Shown here one piece after another: positions 35,388-46,059 of a DNA stretch of 64,000 nucleotides. The stretch lies in the NCBI RefSeq assembly GCF_030028105.1, contig NC_092386.1, forward strand, positions 49,964,347-50,028,346, read 5' to 3'. The DNA comes from Mobula birostris (lineage: Eukaryota). Position numbers and translations under genes: made by a program. Numbering within the stretch: position 1 is the first letter of the stretch; the number at the start of each line of letters is the position of its first letter. Under the pieces are notes generated by a model that did not search any database, was not told where the DNA came from, and saw nothing but the letters and a program-made list of their open reading frames with translations.

Positions 35388-37057
35388 CAGAGCCTATAAG
35401 TATTCACCCCCCCCCCCCAGGAAGTTTTATAGCTTTACAGTACAGTATTGAATTGCAGTGGATTTCATTTGGCTTTTTTAACACTGATCAACAGAAAAGA
35501 CCATTTTGTGTCAAAGTGAAAACTAATGTCTACAAATTGGTCTAAATTTATTACAATTATTAAACACAAAACAATTGTATAATTACTCACCACCTTCAAG
35601 TCACTATTTGGTACTGTAATTGCACCTTTGGCAGCAATTACAGCCTTGAGTCTGTGTGGATCAGTCTCCAGCAGCTTTGCACATCTGCACACTACAATTT
35701 TTTTTCCCCATTCGTCTTTACAAATCTGCTCAAGCTCTGTCAGATTGCATGGGGATCATGAGTGAACAGCCCTTTCCAAGTCCAGCCATAAATTCTCAGT
35801 TGGATTGAGGTCTGGACTCTGACGTGGCCTCTACAGGACATTAACTTTGACGTTCTTAAAGTCATTCCTGTGTAGCTTTAGTTTTACACTTGGGGTCAGG
35901 GCTTTGCTGGAAAACAAATCTTCTCCCAAGCCCCAGTTCTTTTGCACACTGCATCAGGATTTCCCCCCAGGATTTCCCTGTATTTTGCTGCATTCATTTT
36001 ACTCTTTACCTCCACAAGCATTCTGGAGCCTGCTGCAGTGAAGTATCGCTGCAGTGAATAATCCCCACAGCATGATGCAGCGACCACCATGCTTCACAGT
36101 AGGGATGGTGTGGTTTTGATGATGTATGGTGTTTGGCTTACGCCAAACATAGTATTTAGCTTGATAGCCAAAAAGCTCTATTTTGGTTTCACCAGACCAT
36201 AGAACCTTCTTCCAGCTGACTTCAGAGTCTCCCACATGCCTTCTGGAAAACTCTAGCCAAGATTTCATACGAGTTTTTTTTCCCCAACAGTGGCTTTCTC
36301 TTTGCCACTCTCCCATAAAGCTGCAGCTGGTGAAGCACCCAGGCAAGAGTTGCTGTATGCACAGTCTTTCCCATTCCAGCCACTAAATCGAGTAACTCCT
36401 AAGTTGTCATAGGTCTCTAGGTGGCCTCCCTCACTAGTCCCCTTCTTGCACGGTCACTCAGTTTTTGAGGACAGCCTGCTCTAGGCAGATTTACGGCTGT
36501 GCCATATTCTTTCCATTTCTTGATGATTAACCCAACTGTACTCCAAGGGATATTCAGTGACTTGGAAATTTTCTTGTATCCATCTCCTGATTTGTGCTTT
36601 TCAATAACCTTTTTGAGAGTTGCTTGGAGTATTCTTTTGTCTTCATGGTGTAGTTTTTGTCAGGATACTGATTCGCCAGCAGTTGCACCTTCCAGATACA
36701 GTTGTATTTTTACTACAATCAATTGAAATGCCTTGACTGCACACAGGAGATCTTCATTTAATTATGTGACTTCTAAAACCAATTGGCTGCACCAATGATG
36801 ATTTAGTGGGTCATTTTAAAAAGGGAGGGGTGAATGGTGAATACTTATAAAACACAAAATAATTGATTGAATATTTATAATTAATTTAGATCTCTTTGGA
36901 GAGACCTGCTTTCATTTTGACATGAAGGAGTCTTTTTGCTGTTGATCAGTGTCAAAAAAGTCAAACTAAATCCACTGTGACTCAATATTGTAAAACAATA
37001 TAATAGGAAAACTTCCGGGGGGGGGGGGGAGGGGGTGAATACTTCTTATAAGCACAG
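35388..37057 (-). mobile_element. Tc1-like DNA transposon, full length, inactive
   Basis: ~200-bp inverted repeats (CAGAGCCTATAAGTATTCACCCC... / ...GGGGTGAATACTTCTTATAAGCACAG|TA) enclosing a transposase. Confidence 0.9.
35605..36646 (-). pseudogene. Tc1 transposase pseudogene
   Basis: MKTKEYSKQL start, WKKVLWSGETKIELFG, VWRKP, PTVKHGG, RLKAVIAAKG end. Frameshifts present and the first catalytic D is changed to G. Confidence 0.85.
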
Positions 37058-38594
37058 TACAGTGGTTTACCAATATGTCTTTCATCAAACTCACAAAATT
37101 TTAAAAAAGGAATAATTAACTGCAAATTAATCTGAATTAAGCATTAAAATCAATTATGCATAACTGAGGCATATACATTGAGACAAAGTGATTTAACAGA
37201 CCTAGGTTCTAATAAAATGGAGATCTCAATGTTTAAGTAAAGTACTTTTTGTAAATTGTTCAGAGATTATATATTCACTCCAAAAGGCACATATGCAGTG
37301 AACCACAGCACATTGGATGTATGCTCCAAGGAACAAGTTGGTTTTAGTTTAGACCGTTCAGAATACTCACTTCTATAGTATGCTGCCAAGGCCTTTTTAA
37401 ACACAGTGCAAAGAAAAACAATTAAATTACTTTGATGCAAGAAAGCTCCACCTTTAGAAGGTTATTAATGAACTGCCCAAGTAGCTTTGTAAATTAATAT
37501 CCAATGTACAGTGCTCGCCACATAGGTCTGAATTGAGGCAGATTCATATTAGAATAGGGTTCTCTGAGCGAGGGAAATGCTGAAGAAATTAAAATGGATT
37601 CTTTATGCAGTCACTCTTTCTGGAAAAGATTATCTGTGTGTTCAGCTGGAGCTTAGCTGCGATATATGCCAGAAATGAAAAACCTATTAAGATTGCAGAA
37701 GAACTGACACTAAAATCATCCGGAGCCTTGCACTGACTCAGACATTCAGCATCTGGGGAAAATTGACCTTAGCCTACAATAAGAGGTCAACTAAAGAATA
37801 TTTCTCTGCTGCAGTTGCTTCCATGACATCTGATTCATCAAGTGTGTCAGGGAAAAGGCAGCTAGAATTTCAGGTGCCAACGGTGACGGGCTGCAGGATA
37901 AGCGGTTTGACTGGCTGTAGAATCACATGGATTACTTAGATTTATAACTGCAGGCAGACAATAGAGAAACAAAGTTTGAAGGGCAAGAGAGAAGACCCCA
38001 GTGGAGTGATATCACTATTTCAGTCTGAATACAAAAAGGGAATAAAGTAGTGACTCAAAAGTTAGAACCTTCCTTTATTTCACTAAATTTTACCCTTGAA
38101 GAAGTATTCCAGTCACACTTTCAGGATGCACAAGTTTCATTGGTATAAAATTGTTTGAATAATCCTTGCATTATGTGTGGACTCTTCGATTTTGTGCTTT
38201 TTGCTCTTTCTTTAGTTACTGTTTTGTGCAGTTTGTTTTTTTTGTACGTGGGGGGGGTGCTTTGATGTTTTTTTTTGAACAGGTTCTATAGTTTTCTTTG
38301 TTTCGTGGCTGTCTGTGTAGAAGACGAATCTCAGGGTTGTATAGTGCATACGTACTTTGAGAGTAAATATACTTTGAATCTTTTTATATAGTTTGTAATT
38401 AGGCTCCTGATGTCCTTTGCAAATGGTGAGAAACATTTTCATGGTTAGAAGTTGAAATTCTAGCTGCTTTTTCGTCGATACTCTTGAAACATAAGGCAAA
38501 GTCACCAGAAAATCTTGAGTTCCTATAACGAAGTAATAGTTTTGAGGCAACCCTCACTACTAGGCCACTGGTATTTTCCTTCATTATGGATCAT

Positions 38595-38784
38595 GGGCAG
38601 GTGTGTAGTGGCATCAGCACTGGACTTCAAGGCAGATGGTGCTAAGTTCAAACCCAACCAGGTCCCAACCTGGGCAGCAGCGGTATCTGTAAAGAAGGCA
38701 GGCCTGGCAATCTACTTCCATATGTTGCCATGAAAACCCTATGGTCTGTGAGGTCATGAAGAGTCAGACTTGACTAAACAACAA
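38595..38784 (+). mobile_element. tRNA-derived SINE with an RTE/BovB-type 3' tail
   Basis: A-box-like TGTGTAGTGG, B box GTTCAAACC (38646-38654), tail GGCAATCTACTTCCATATGTTGCCATGAAAACCCTATGG...GAGGTCATGAAGAGTCAGACTTGACTAAACAACAA. Confidence 0.7.
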
Positions 38785-39596
38785 TGCATTGCATAGTATC
38801 TTTATATTGAGGCTAGTTATTTTCTTCAATCACCATAAGCACAGGTGTACCACAAGGCTGTGCACTTTACACTTATGTCTGTGAGGCCAAGTACATCTCC
38901 AACACCACTGTCATTGGGTGAATCAAAGGTGGTGACAAATTGGCATATCGGGGGGAGATTGAAACTCTCGTTATGGTGCCAGAGCAACAACCTCTCACTT
39001 AACAATCAGCAAAACCAAAGAGCTGATTATTGACTCATTAGGCAGATGGAAGTGGAGAGGGTCACTAACTCCTTTGCATTATAATTTTAGAGGATCTGTC
39101 TGGGGCCCAGTACATAGAAGGCATGATAGAGCCTCTACTTCCATAGAAAGCTACAGAGATTTAGCATGTTATCTAAAACTTCGACAAATTTCTTTAGATG
39201 CACAGTGGAAAGGATCCTGCGCAGTTGTATCATGACCTGGTATGGAAACACCAATGCCTAAGAAGAGAAAAGCCTATAAAATTTCGCAAGTACCGTCCAG
39301 TCCACTACAGGAAAAGGTCTCCCCACCACTGACTACAACTACAAGGAGCACTGCCACAAGAAAGCAGCGAGGACCTGAACATCCAAGCCCTGCTCTCTTT
39401 TGGTGCTGTCATCAGGAAGGAGGTACAGAAGCCTTGCATCCCATGTGACCAGGTTCAGGATCAGTTATTAACATCAACCATCAGACTCCTGTATCAGCAT
39501 GGATAACTCACTCACCTCAGCACTGAACAGATTCAACAACCTGTGGACTCACTTTCTCAGTTTTATTTATTTATTAACTATTTATTTATAGTTAAA

Positions 39597-39876
39597 TGGC
39601 CAAGTGGTTAAGGCATTGGACTAGCGATCTGAAGGTCGTGAGTTCGAGCCCCAGCCGAGGCAGCATGTTGTTCACTTGAGCAAGGCACTTAACCACACAG
39701 TGTTCTGCGATGACACTGGTGCCAAGCTCCTTCGCTTGGACAACATCAGTGTCGTGGAGAGGGCAACTGCCGGTCTTCCATACAACCTTGCCCAGGCCTG
39801 CGCCCTGGAGAGTGAAGACATTCCAGGCACAGATCCATGGTCTCGCAAGACTAACGGATGCCTTAATTATTATTAT
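39597..39876 (+). mobile_element. tRNA-derived CORE-type SINE, copy 3
   Basis: TGGCCAAGTGG, GTTCGAGCC, same body and tail as 4891-5203. Confidence 0.9.
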
Positions 39877-39952
39877 ATTTGCACAGTTAGCCTTCTTTTG
39901 CATATTCGGTGTTCTTTAGATTTGTGCATAGTTTTTCTTTGATTCTATTGTA

Positions 39953-42900
39953 CGGGTTGAGCACCCCTTATTCAAAATTCCAAAATCTCTGAAATCTAAT
40001 TTTTTTTTATGCTGACATGACATCACTAATATAAAAAGCCACAAGGTACTGGGAAGGTTCCCAGGCAATGCAGTAAATTCACATATGTAGTGAAAATAAG
40101 TTAATGAAAAACACTGCATAAAGTGAAAAATGAAGACATCGATTGTGCATTGAAAGAGTGGAATCATCAGCAGAGTGAACATATGCCACTTAATGGTATG
40201 CTGATCATGAAACAAAGATCAGGTTAAGAGTTTGTAAAATGTGTTCAGGAAAGTTTTCTAAATCAATATATAGAGGGGATGCAATAGTGGGTCTCCTGTT
40301 AGGTAACGAATTAGGGCAAGTGACAGAAGTCTGTGTAGGGGAGCACTTTGGTTCCAGTGATCATAACACCATTAGTTTCAATTTGATCATGGACAAGGAT
40401 AGATCTGGTCCTAGGGTTGAGGTTTTAAACTGGAAGGCGGCCAAATTTGAAGAAATGAGAAAGGATCTAAAAAGCATGGATTGGGACAGGTTGTTCTCTG
40501 GCAAAGGTGTGATTGGTAGGTGGGAAGCCCTCAAAGGGGAAATTTTGAGAGTGCAGAGTTGGTATGTTCCTGTCAGGATTAAAGGCAAATTGAATAGGAA
40601 TAAGGAACCTTGGTTCTCAAGGGATATTGCAACTCTGATAAAGAAGAAGAGGGAGTTGTATGAAATGTATAGGAAACAGGGGGTAAATCAGGTGCTTGAG
40701 GAGTATAAGAAGTGCAAGAAAATACTTAAGAAAGAAATCAGGAGGGCAAAAAGAAGACATGAGGTTGCCTTGGCAGTCAAAGTGAAGGATAATCCAAAGA
40801 GCTTTTACAAGTATATTAAGAGCAAAAGGATTGTAAGGGATAAAATTGGTCCTCTTGAAGATCAGAGTGGTCGGCTTTGTGCGGAACCAAAGGAAACGGG
40901 GGAGATCTTAAATAGGTTTTTTGCCTCTGTATTTACTAAGGAAGCTGGCACGAAATCTATGGAATTGAGGGAATCAAGTAGTGAGACCATGGAAACTGTA
41001 CAGATTGAAAAGGAGGAGGTGCTTGCTGTCTTGAGGAAAATTAAAGTGGATAAATCCCCGGGACCTGACAGAGTGTTCCCTCGGACCTTGAAGGAGACTA
41101 GTGTTGAAATTGCGGGGGCCCTGGAAGAAATATTTAAAATGTCGCTGTCTACGGGTGAAGTGCCGGAGGATTGGAGAGTGGCTCATGTTGTTCAAAAAAG
41201 GATCGAAAAGTAATCCGGGAAATTATAGGCCGGTGAGTTTAACGTCAGTAGTAGGTAAGTTATTGGAGGGAGTACTAAGGGACAGAATCTACAAGCATTT
41301 GGATAGACAGGGACTTATTAGGGAGAGTCAACATGGCTTTGTGCGTGGTAGGTCATGTTTGACCAATCTGTTGGAGTTTTTCGAGGAGGTTACCAGGAAA
41401 GTGGATGAAGGGAAGGCAGTGGATATTGTCTACATGGACTTCAGTAAGGCCTTTGACAAGGTCCCGCATGGGAGGTCAGTTAGGAAAATTCAGTCGCTAG
41501 GTATACATGGAGAGGTGGTAAATTGGATTAGACACTGGCTCGATGGAAGAAGCCAAAGAGTGGTGGTAGAGAATTGCTTCTCTGAGTGGAGGCCTGTGAC
41601 TAGTGGTGTGCCACAGGGATCAGTGCTGGGTCCATTGTTATTTGTCATCTGCATCAATGATCTGGATGATAATGTGGTAAATTGGATCAGCAAGTTTGCT
41701 GGTGATACAAAGATTGGAGGTGTAGTAGACAGTGAGAAAGGTTTTCAGAGCCTGCAGAGGGACTTGGACCATCTGGAAAAATGGGCTGAAAAATGGCAGA
41801 TGGAGTTTAATACAGACAAGTGTGCGGTATTGCACGTTGGAAGGACAAACCAACGTAGAACATACAGGGTTAATGATAAGGCACTGAGGAGTGCAGTGGA
41901 ACAGAGGGATCTGGGAATACAGATACAAAATTCCCTAAAAGTGGCGTCACAGGTAGATAGGGTCGTAAAGAGAGCTTTTGGCCTTTATTAATCTAAGTAT
42001 TGAGTATAAGAGCTGGAATGTTATGATGAGGTTGTATAAGGCATTGGTGAGGCCGAATCTGGAGTACTGTGTTCAGTTTTGGTCACCAAATTACAGGAAG
42101 GATATAAATAAGGTTGAAAGAGTGCAGAGAAGGTTTACAAGGATGTTGCTGGGACTTGAGAAACTCAGTTACAGAGAAAGGTTGAATAGGTTAGGACTTT
42201 ATTCCCTGGAGCGTAGAAGAATGAGGGGAGATTTGATTGAGGTATATAAAATTATGATGGGTATAGATAGAGTGAATGCAAGCAGGCTTTTTCCACTGAG
42301 GCAAGGGGAGAAAAAAACCAGAGGACGTGGGTTAAGGGTGAGGGGGGAAAAGTTTAAAGGGAACATTAGGGGGGGCTTCTTCACACAGAGAGTGGTGGGA
42401 GTATGGAATGAGCTGCCAGACGAGGTGGTAAATGCGGATTCTTTTTTAACATTTAAGAATAAATTGGACAGATACATGGATGGGAGGTGTATGGAGGGAT
42501 ATGGTCCGTGTGCAGGTCAGTGGGACCAGGCAGAAAATGGTTCGGCACAGCCAAGAAGGGCCAAAGGGCCTGTTTCTGTGCTGTAGTTTCTATGGTTCTA
42601 TCATGATGACCTGAAAATTGCAGGTAATTGTGAATATTCAGCTGGCTAGTTCCGAAATTTAAGAAAAAGTATGGCATTAATTTTTTTTAAAAAATGATTT
42701 GTGTCTGATCATGAAGCAGCAAATAAATTGATTGTTGAGCTTGCCAAGATCGTGACTGATGAAAATTTGACATGCTGAATGGCTGCATTTGTGTGATGAA
42801 CAAGTGAAAGGCAAAGACTGCTTATCGGTAGTGTATAAGTTCAGAGGCTGGAATGATGGCTATGCCAAATAGCTGCTGGCTGTCCACCTAGGTGGCTGAG

Positions 42901-43097
42901 GTTGTGACAGCTATTAAAAAATGTTGTATAAAGCTATCTTCAGGGTATATGTATAAGCTGTTTATGTTACGTAAATGGGACTTGGGTCCCATCCACAACG
43001 CATCTCATTATACAGATGCAAGTATTCCAAAATCCAAAAATTTTCTAAACTCTGAAACACTTCCCATCCCAAACATTTAGAATCCTTATTCAAGCTG
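39953..43097 (+). mobile_element. Tigger4/Zombi-like pogo transposon (internally deleted), split by a CR1
   Basis: TA|CGGGTTGAGCACCCCTTATTC ... TATTCAAGCTG|TA. CENP-B-type HTH remnant PLNGMLIMK..KI|YHDDLKIAGNCEYSAG and SDHEAANKLIVELAKIVTDENLT continue across the CR1. Confidence 0.8.
40221..42598 (+). mobile_element. CR1 LINE, same subfamily as 5340-8066, 5'-truncated, frameshifted ORF2
   Basis: ORFs 40239-41213, 41101-41991 and 41978-42586 are nearly identical to the first copy; TTCTATGG tail. Confidence 0.95.
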
Positions 43098-44159
43098 TAT
43101 TTCTTTGTTCTACTGCGAATGCCCATAAGAAAAATTCAAGGTAGTATATGGTGACACATATGTACTTTGATAATAAATTTACTCAGAACTGTTGAGCTCT
43201 GATCCTTTCAGGTTTTAAAAATAAAACTAATGTTTCTTGCTGTACAGTAAAGAACTCGATATCAAAAGCAGTGGGAAAGTAGAGTGATACCCAAAATTAT
43301 TTACTTGAATATTCCCCATTCATCAATCTCTGACTTTGTAGAGAACTTGGAAAAAGCGACGCAACAAACTTCTAACATCATAAATCAGTGCGTTGTCTGT
43401 TATGTCTCCCCTCTCACTGTGAAATAGAGACACCTTTTTCCCTTATTAGGGAGAGAGAGCTCCTGTGGTATCTCAAATTACCAGATGAACAGGTCATTTC
43501 TGGGGTAGTGCAAGTCTGTGTCTTTATTGGTGCTTGCTGCATGCTTGAGTGCTCGGTGGAGGGTGCCAATGCTTTTTGCTGCTGGGGGTGGGGGGAAGCA
43601 TTGCCTTGCTGCTGCTTGTGCGTGAGAGAGGTAGCTCGGGGGGTGGCTTTGGGGTTCTAACATTTAACTTCATTCATTCTTTGGGCACTCCATTTTTGTG
43701 GATGTTTGCAAAGAAAAAGAATTTCAGGAACCTATTGAAATCCTATTGATAAGTGGCATGTTTCTGTGAAATGCAAATGAACAAGAGACTTTGCGTTCAT
43801 GCCACTAAACCTTCAAAGGTTACTGGACAAGCTGTTTAAGCAGTTATAAAAGCATATGGATTTCTTGGGAGTTATAACTAGAGCTAACAAGTAAAAAAAA
43901 AACAAAGTGATCCCATTGGGAGTCAGCTGAAATATCGATGCCAACACTGTACATAAATTTTAAAGCCTTCTGAAAGGTTATTAACAGTGGTTTACTGGGA
44001 CTTTACTAGGGATGAGGGACTTGAACTACACGGAGAGTTTGAATATGTTATAGCTGTTAAACTATTCCAAGAGAAAGACATGATCCACTACATGATGAAG
44101 TTAGCATAGAATTTTATATTCCTCTGATGAGATTATCTTTGCTCAGAGATCATGCATTC

Positions 44160-44700
44160 AAGATTTAAGATTGTTCAAAGTAATTTCCAGTACATAAGTG
44201 TAGAGGAGAATGAAATAATTGTTACTCCTGATCTGATGCATCACAAAAACAATAGGATGAAGAACACAATAATAAGTACAATAAATAAGATAGCTTCTCT
44301 ACATAGATTGATTGTACGCCCATAAAGTGATGCTAGGCACAGGAGTGCCTGTACATAAGGTGACTGACATGAAATGATAAATTCATGGTGGTGGGGAATG
44401 TGGAGGGTAGGTTAGTTGGTAGAGGTGTTTATCAGCCTTACTGCTTGGGGAAAGGTAGCTGTTTGAGAGTCTGGTGATACTGGTGTGGATGCTATGTAAC
44501 CTCCTTCCTGATGGGAGTGGGATGAACAGTCCATGAGCAGGATGGGCGAGTTCTTCATGATGTTACTGGCCTTTTCCAGCACCTTTCTGTATACATGTCC
44601 CTGATGGTTGGTAGGGTGGTGCCTGTGATGCGTTGGGGCAATTTTCAATACCCATTGCGAAGCCTTCCCGTCCACCGCAGAGCAGTTTCCATACCTTACA
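44160..44700 (-). mobile_element. Rex1/Babar-type LINE 3' end
   Basis: Minus-strand WYGNC-like region, PLPSGRRL-type motif and 3'UTR. Confidence 0.7.
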
Positions 44701-44859
44701 GAAGCCATTGGGCAAAGGTCACAATGGAAGACAAGATAAGATTTTCCCAACTTTTGAAGTATCTGCTGAAGAAAGTAGGAAAGCCAAACCAGGCAACCAC
44801 TTTAAAAGAACTGAAGTTAAAAAAAAATCATAACAGAACGAACAGTAAGATAAATACAA

Positions 44860-45020
44860 CGAACACAAGAGGTTCTGCAGATGCTTGAAATCCTGAGATA
44901 AACATACTGTACACAAATATGTGAGGAACTCGGCAGGGCAGGCAGCATCCATGGAGGGGAACAAGCAGTTGATGTTTCTGACCAAGACCCTTCATTAGAG
45001 CTAGAAAGGAAGGTGGAAGA
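44860..45020 (-). mobile_element. Short PLE tail with degenerate hammerhead (44966-45003)
   Basis: Minus strand TAGCT-CTAATGA-AGGGTCTTGGTCA-GAAAC-ATC-AACTG plus tail. Confidence 0.8.
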
Positions 45021-45747
45021 AACCAAAGAAAAAATAATCACATTGCTTTTAGACAAAGCTCCGACACAGAGGATTGAATAGTTTGATTCTGTGCCCTAGG
45101 TTTTAATTCAATGAAATTAAAGTATAAGCAATTAAGACTAAAAAGACGAGAAATGCCAAAATGTTTCCCAAATTACAAAAGAATCAGATTAAGGAGGGAA
45201 ACAGAATACTTTCTTTTTTAAACTCAGGAATAAAAGTAAAATTAAGCCAAAGTAAGATGGTTAATAAAAATCAATAAAAATTTCACAAGAAATCCCTTTA
45301 CATTTATCAAGACCATAGGCTGTATCTATACCCGGCTACATGGCTGGCTCCAGGGGGAGGCTAGAGAAAAGCTTGAGAAAGAAAGGATTGGAAGAATCTG
45401 TTTTTGGAGTTGGATGAAATAGATGGAGCATAAATGCAGGCATGAAAACATTTGGCCAAAATAGTCAGTTTATGTGCTATGAACATTATGCAGTTAGTTC
45501 TGCTTTTGCTCCTGCCTTAAGGCACTAAAGTACAATTCTTCTGATGCCTAACAATAAAAGCTGATTGTTATGGGTGGGTGTATGTACTCAAAATTCCTAA
45601 AGTGTTCCTAGACATTGTCCATATCAAGATCCAAACTAGCTCTTTACTAACTGTGGTGCCAGCTTTTATTTAACCAAGTTATACAACTTAAAATTTGAAA
45701 AGTCTTCTTTTGCAAAGTCCTATAAAGTTTCAAAAATATAGCTGGCA

Positions 45748-45985
45748 TGGGAGTTTGCATATTCTCCCTGTGATACCATGGGTTTACTCCAGCTATTCCA
45801 ACTCCTCTCATGTCCCAAAGAATATGGGTTGGTAAATTAATTGGGGTTATATGCACCCACTTTTGTAAAGTGAGTGGCAGAATCAGGGAGAGTTAATGGA
45901 ACTATGAGAGAAAATTTAAAAATGTAATTGTGTAGGATCAGTGTAAATGGTAGGTGCAGACTCTGTGGACTAAAGGGCCTTTTCA
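45748..45985 (+). mobile_element. V-SINE (HE1-like), decayed
   Basis: GGAGTTTGCATATTCTCCCTGTG V-domain; CR1-like tail ggactaaagggcc. Confidence 0.65.
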
Positions 45986-46059
45986 AATGTGTTTATAAAC
46001 AAGAGATGTAGTTCATATCTTATTGCTCGCACATTTGTTTAGATTTTGATCTTAACACT

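Larger units (their letters stand above)
38840..43190 (+). mobile_element. Rex1/Babar-type LINE 3' part hosting a SINE, a Tigger and a CR1
   Basis: RT remnants at 38840-39480. The 3'UTR is interrupted at gattctattg|TA and resumes at TA|tttctttgttctactgcgaatg...ctttgataataaatttact. Confidence 0.75.

Noticed and set aside
37017-37036. G-rich run as a functional G-quadruplex (also C runs at ~35407 and ~48280)
   Set aside because: Homopolymer expansions within the Tc1 inverted repeats or CR1; nothing suggests function.
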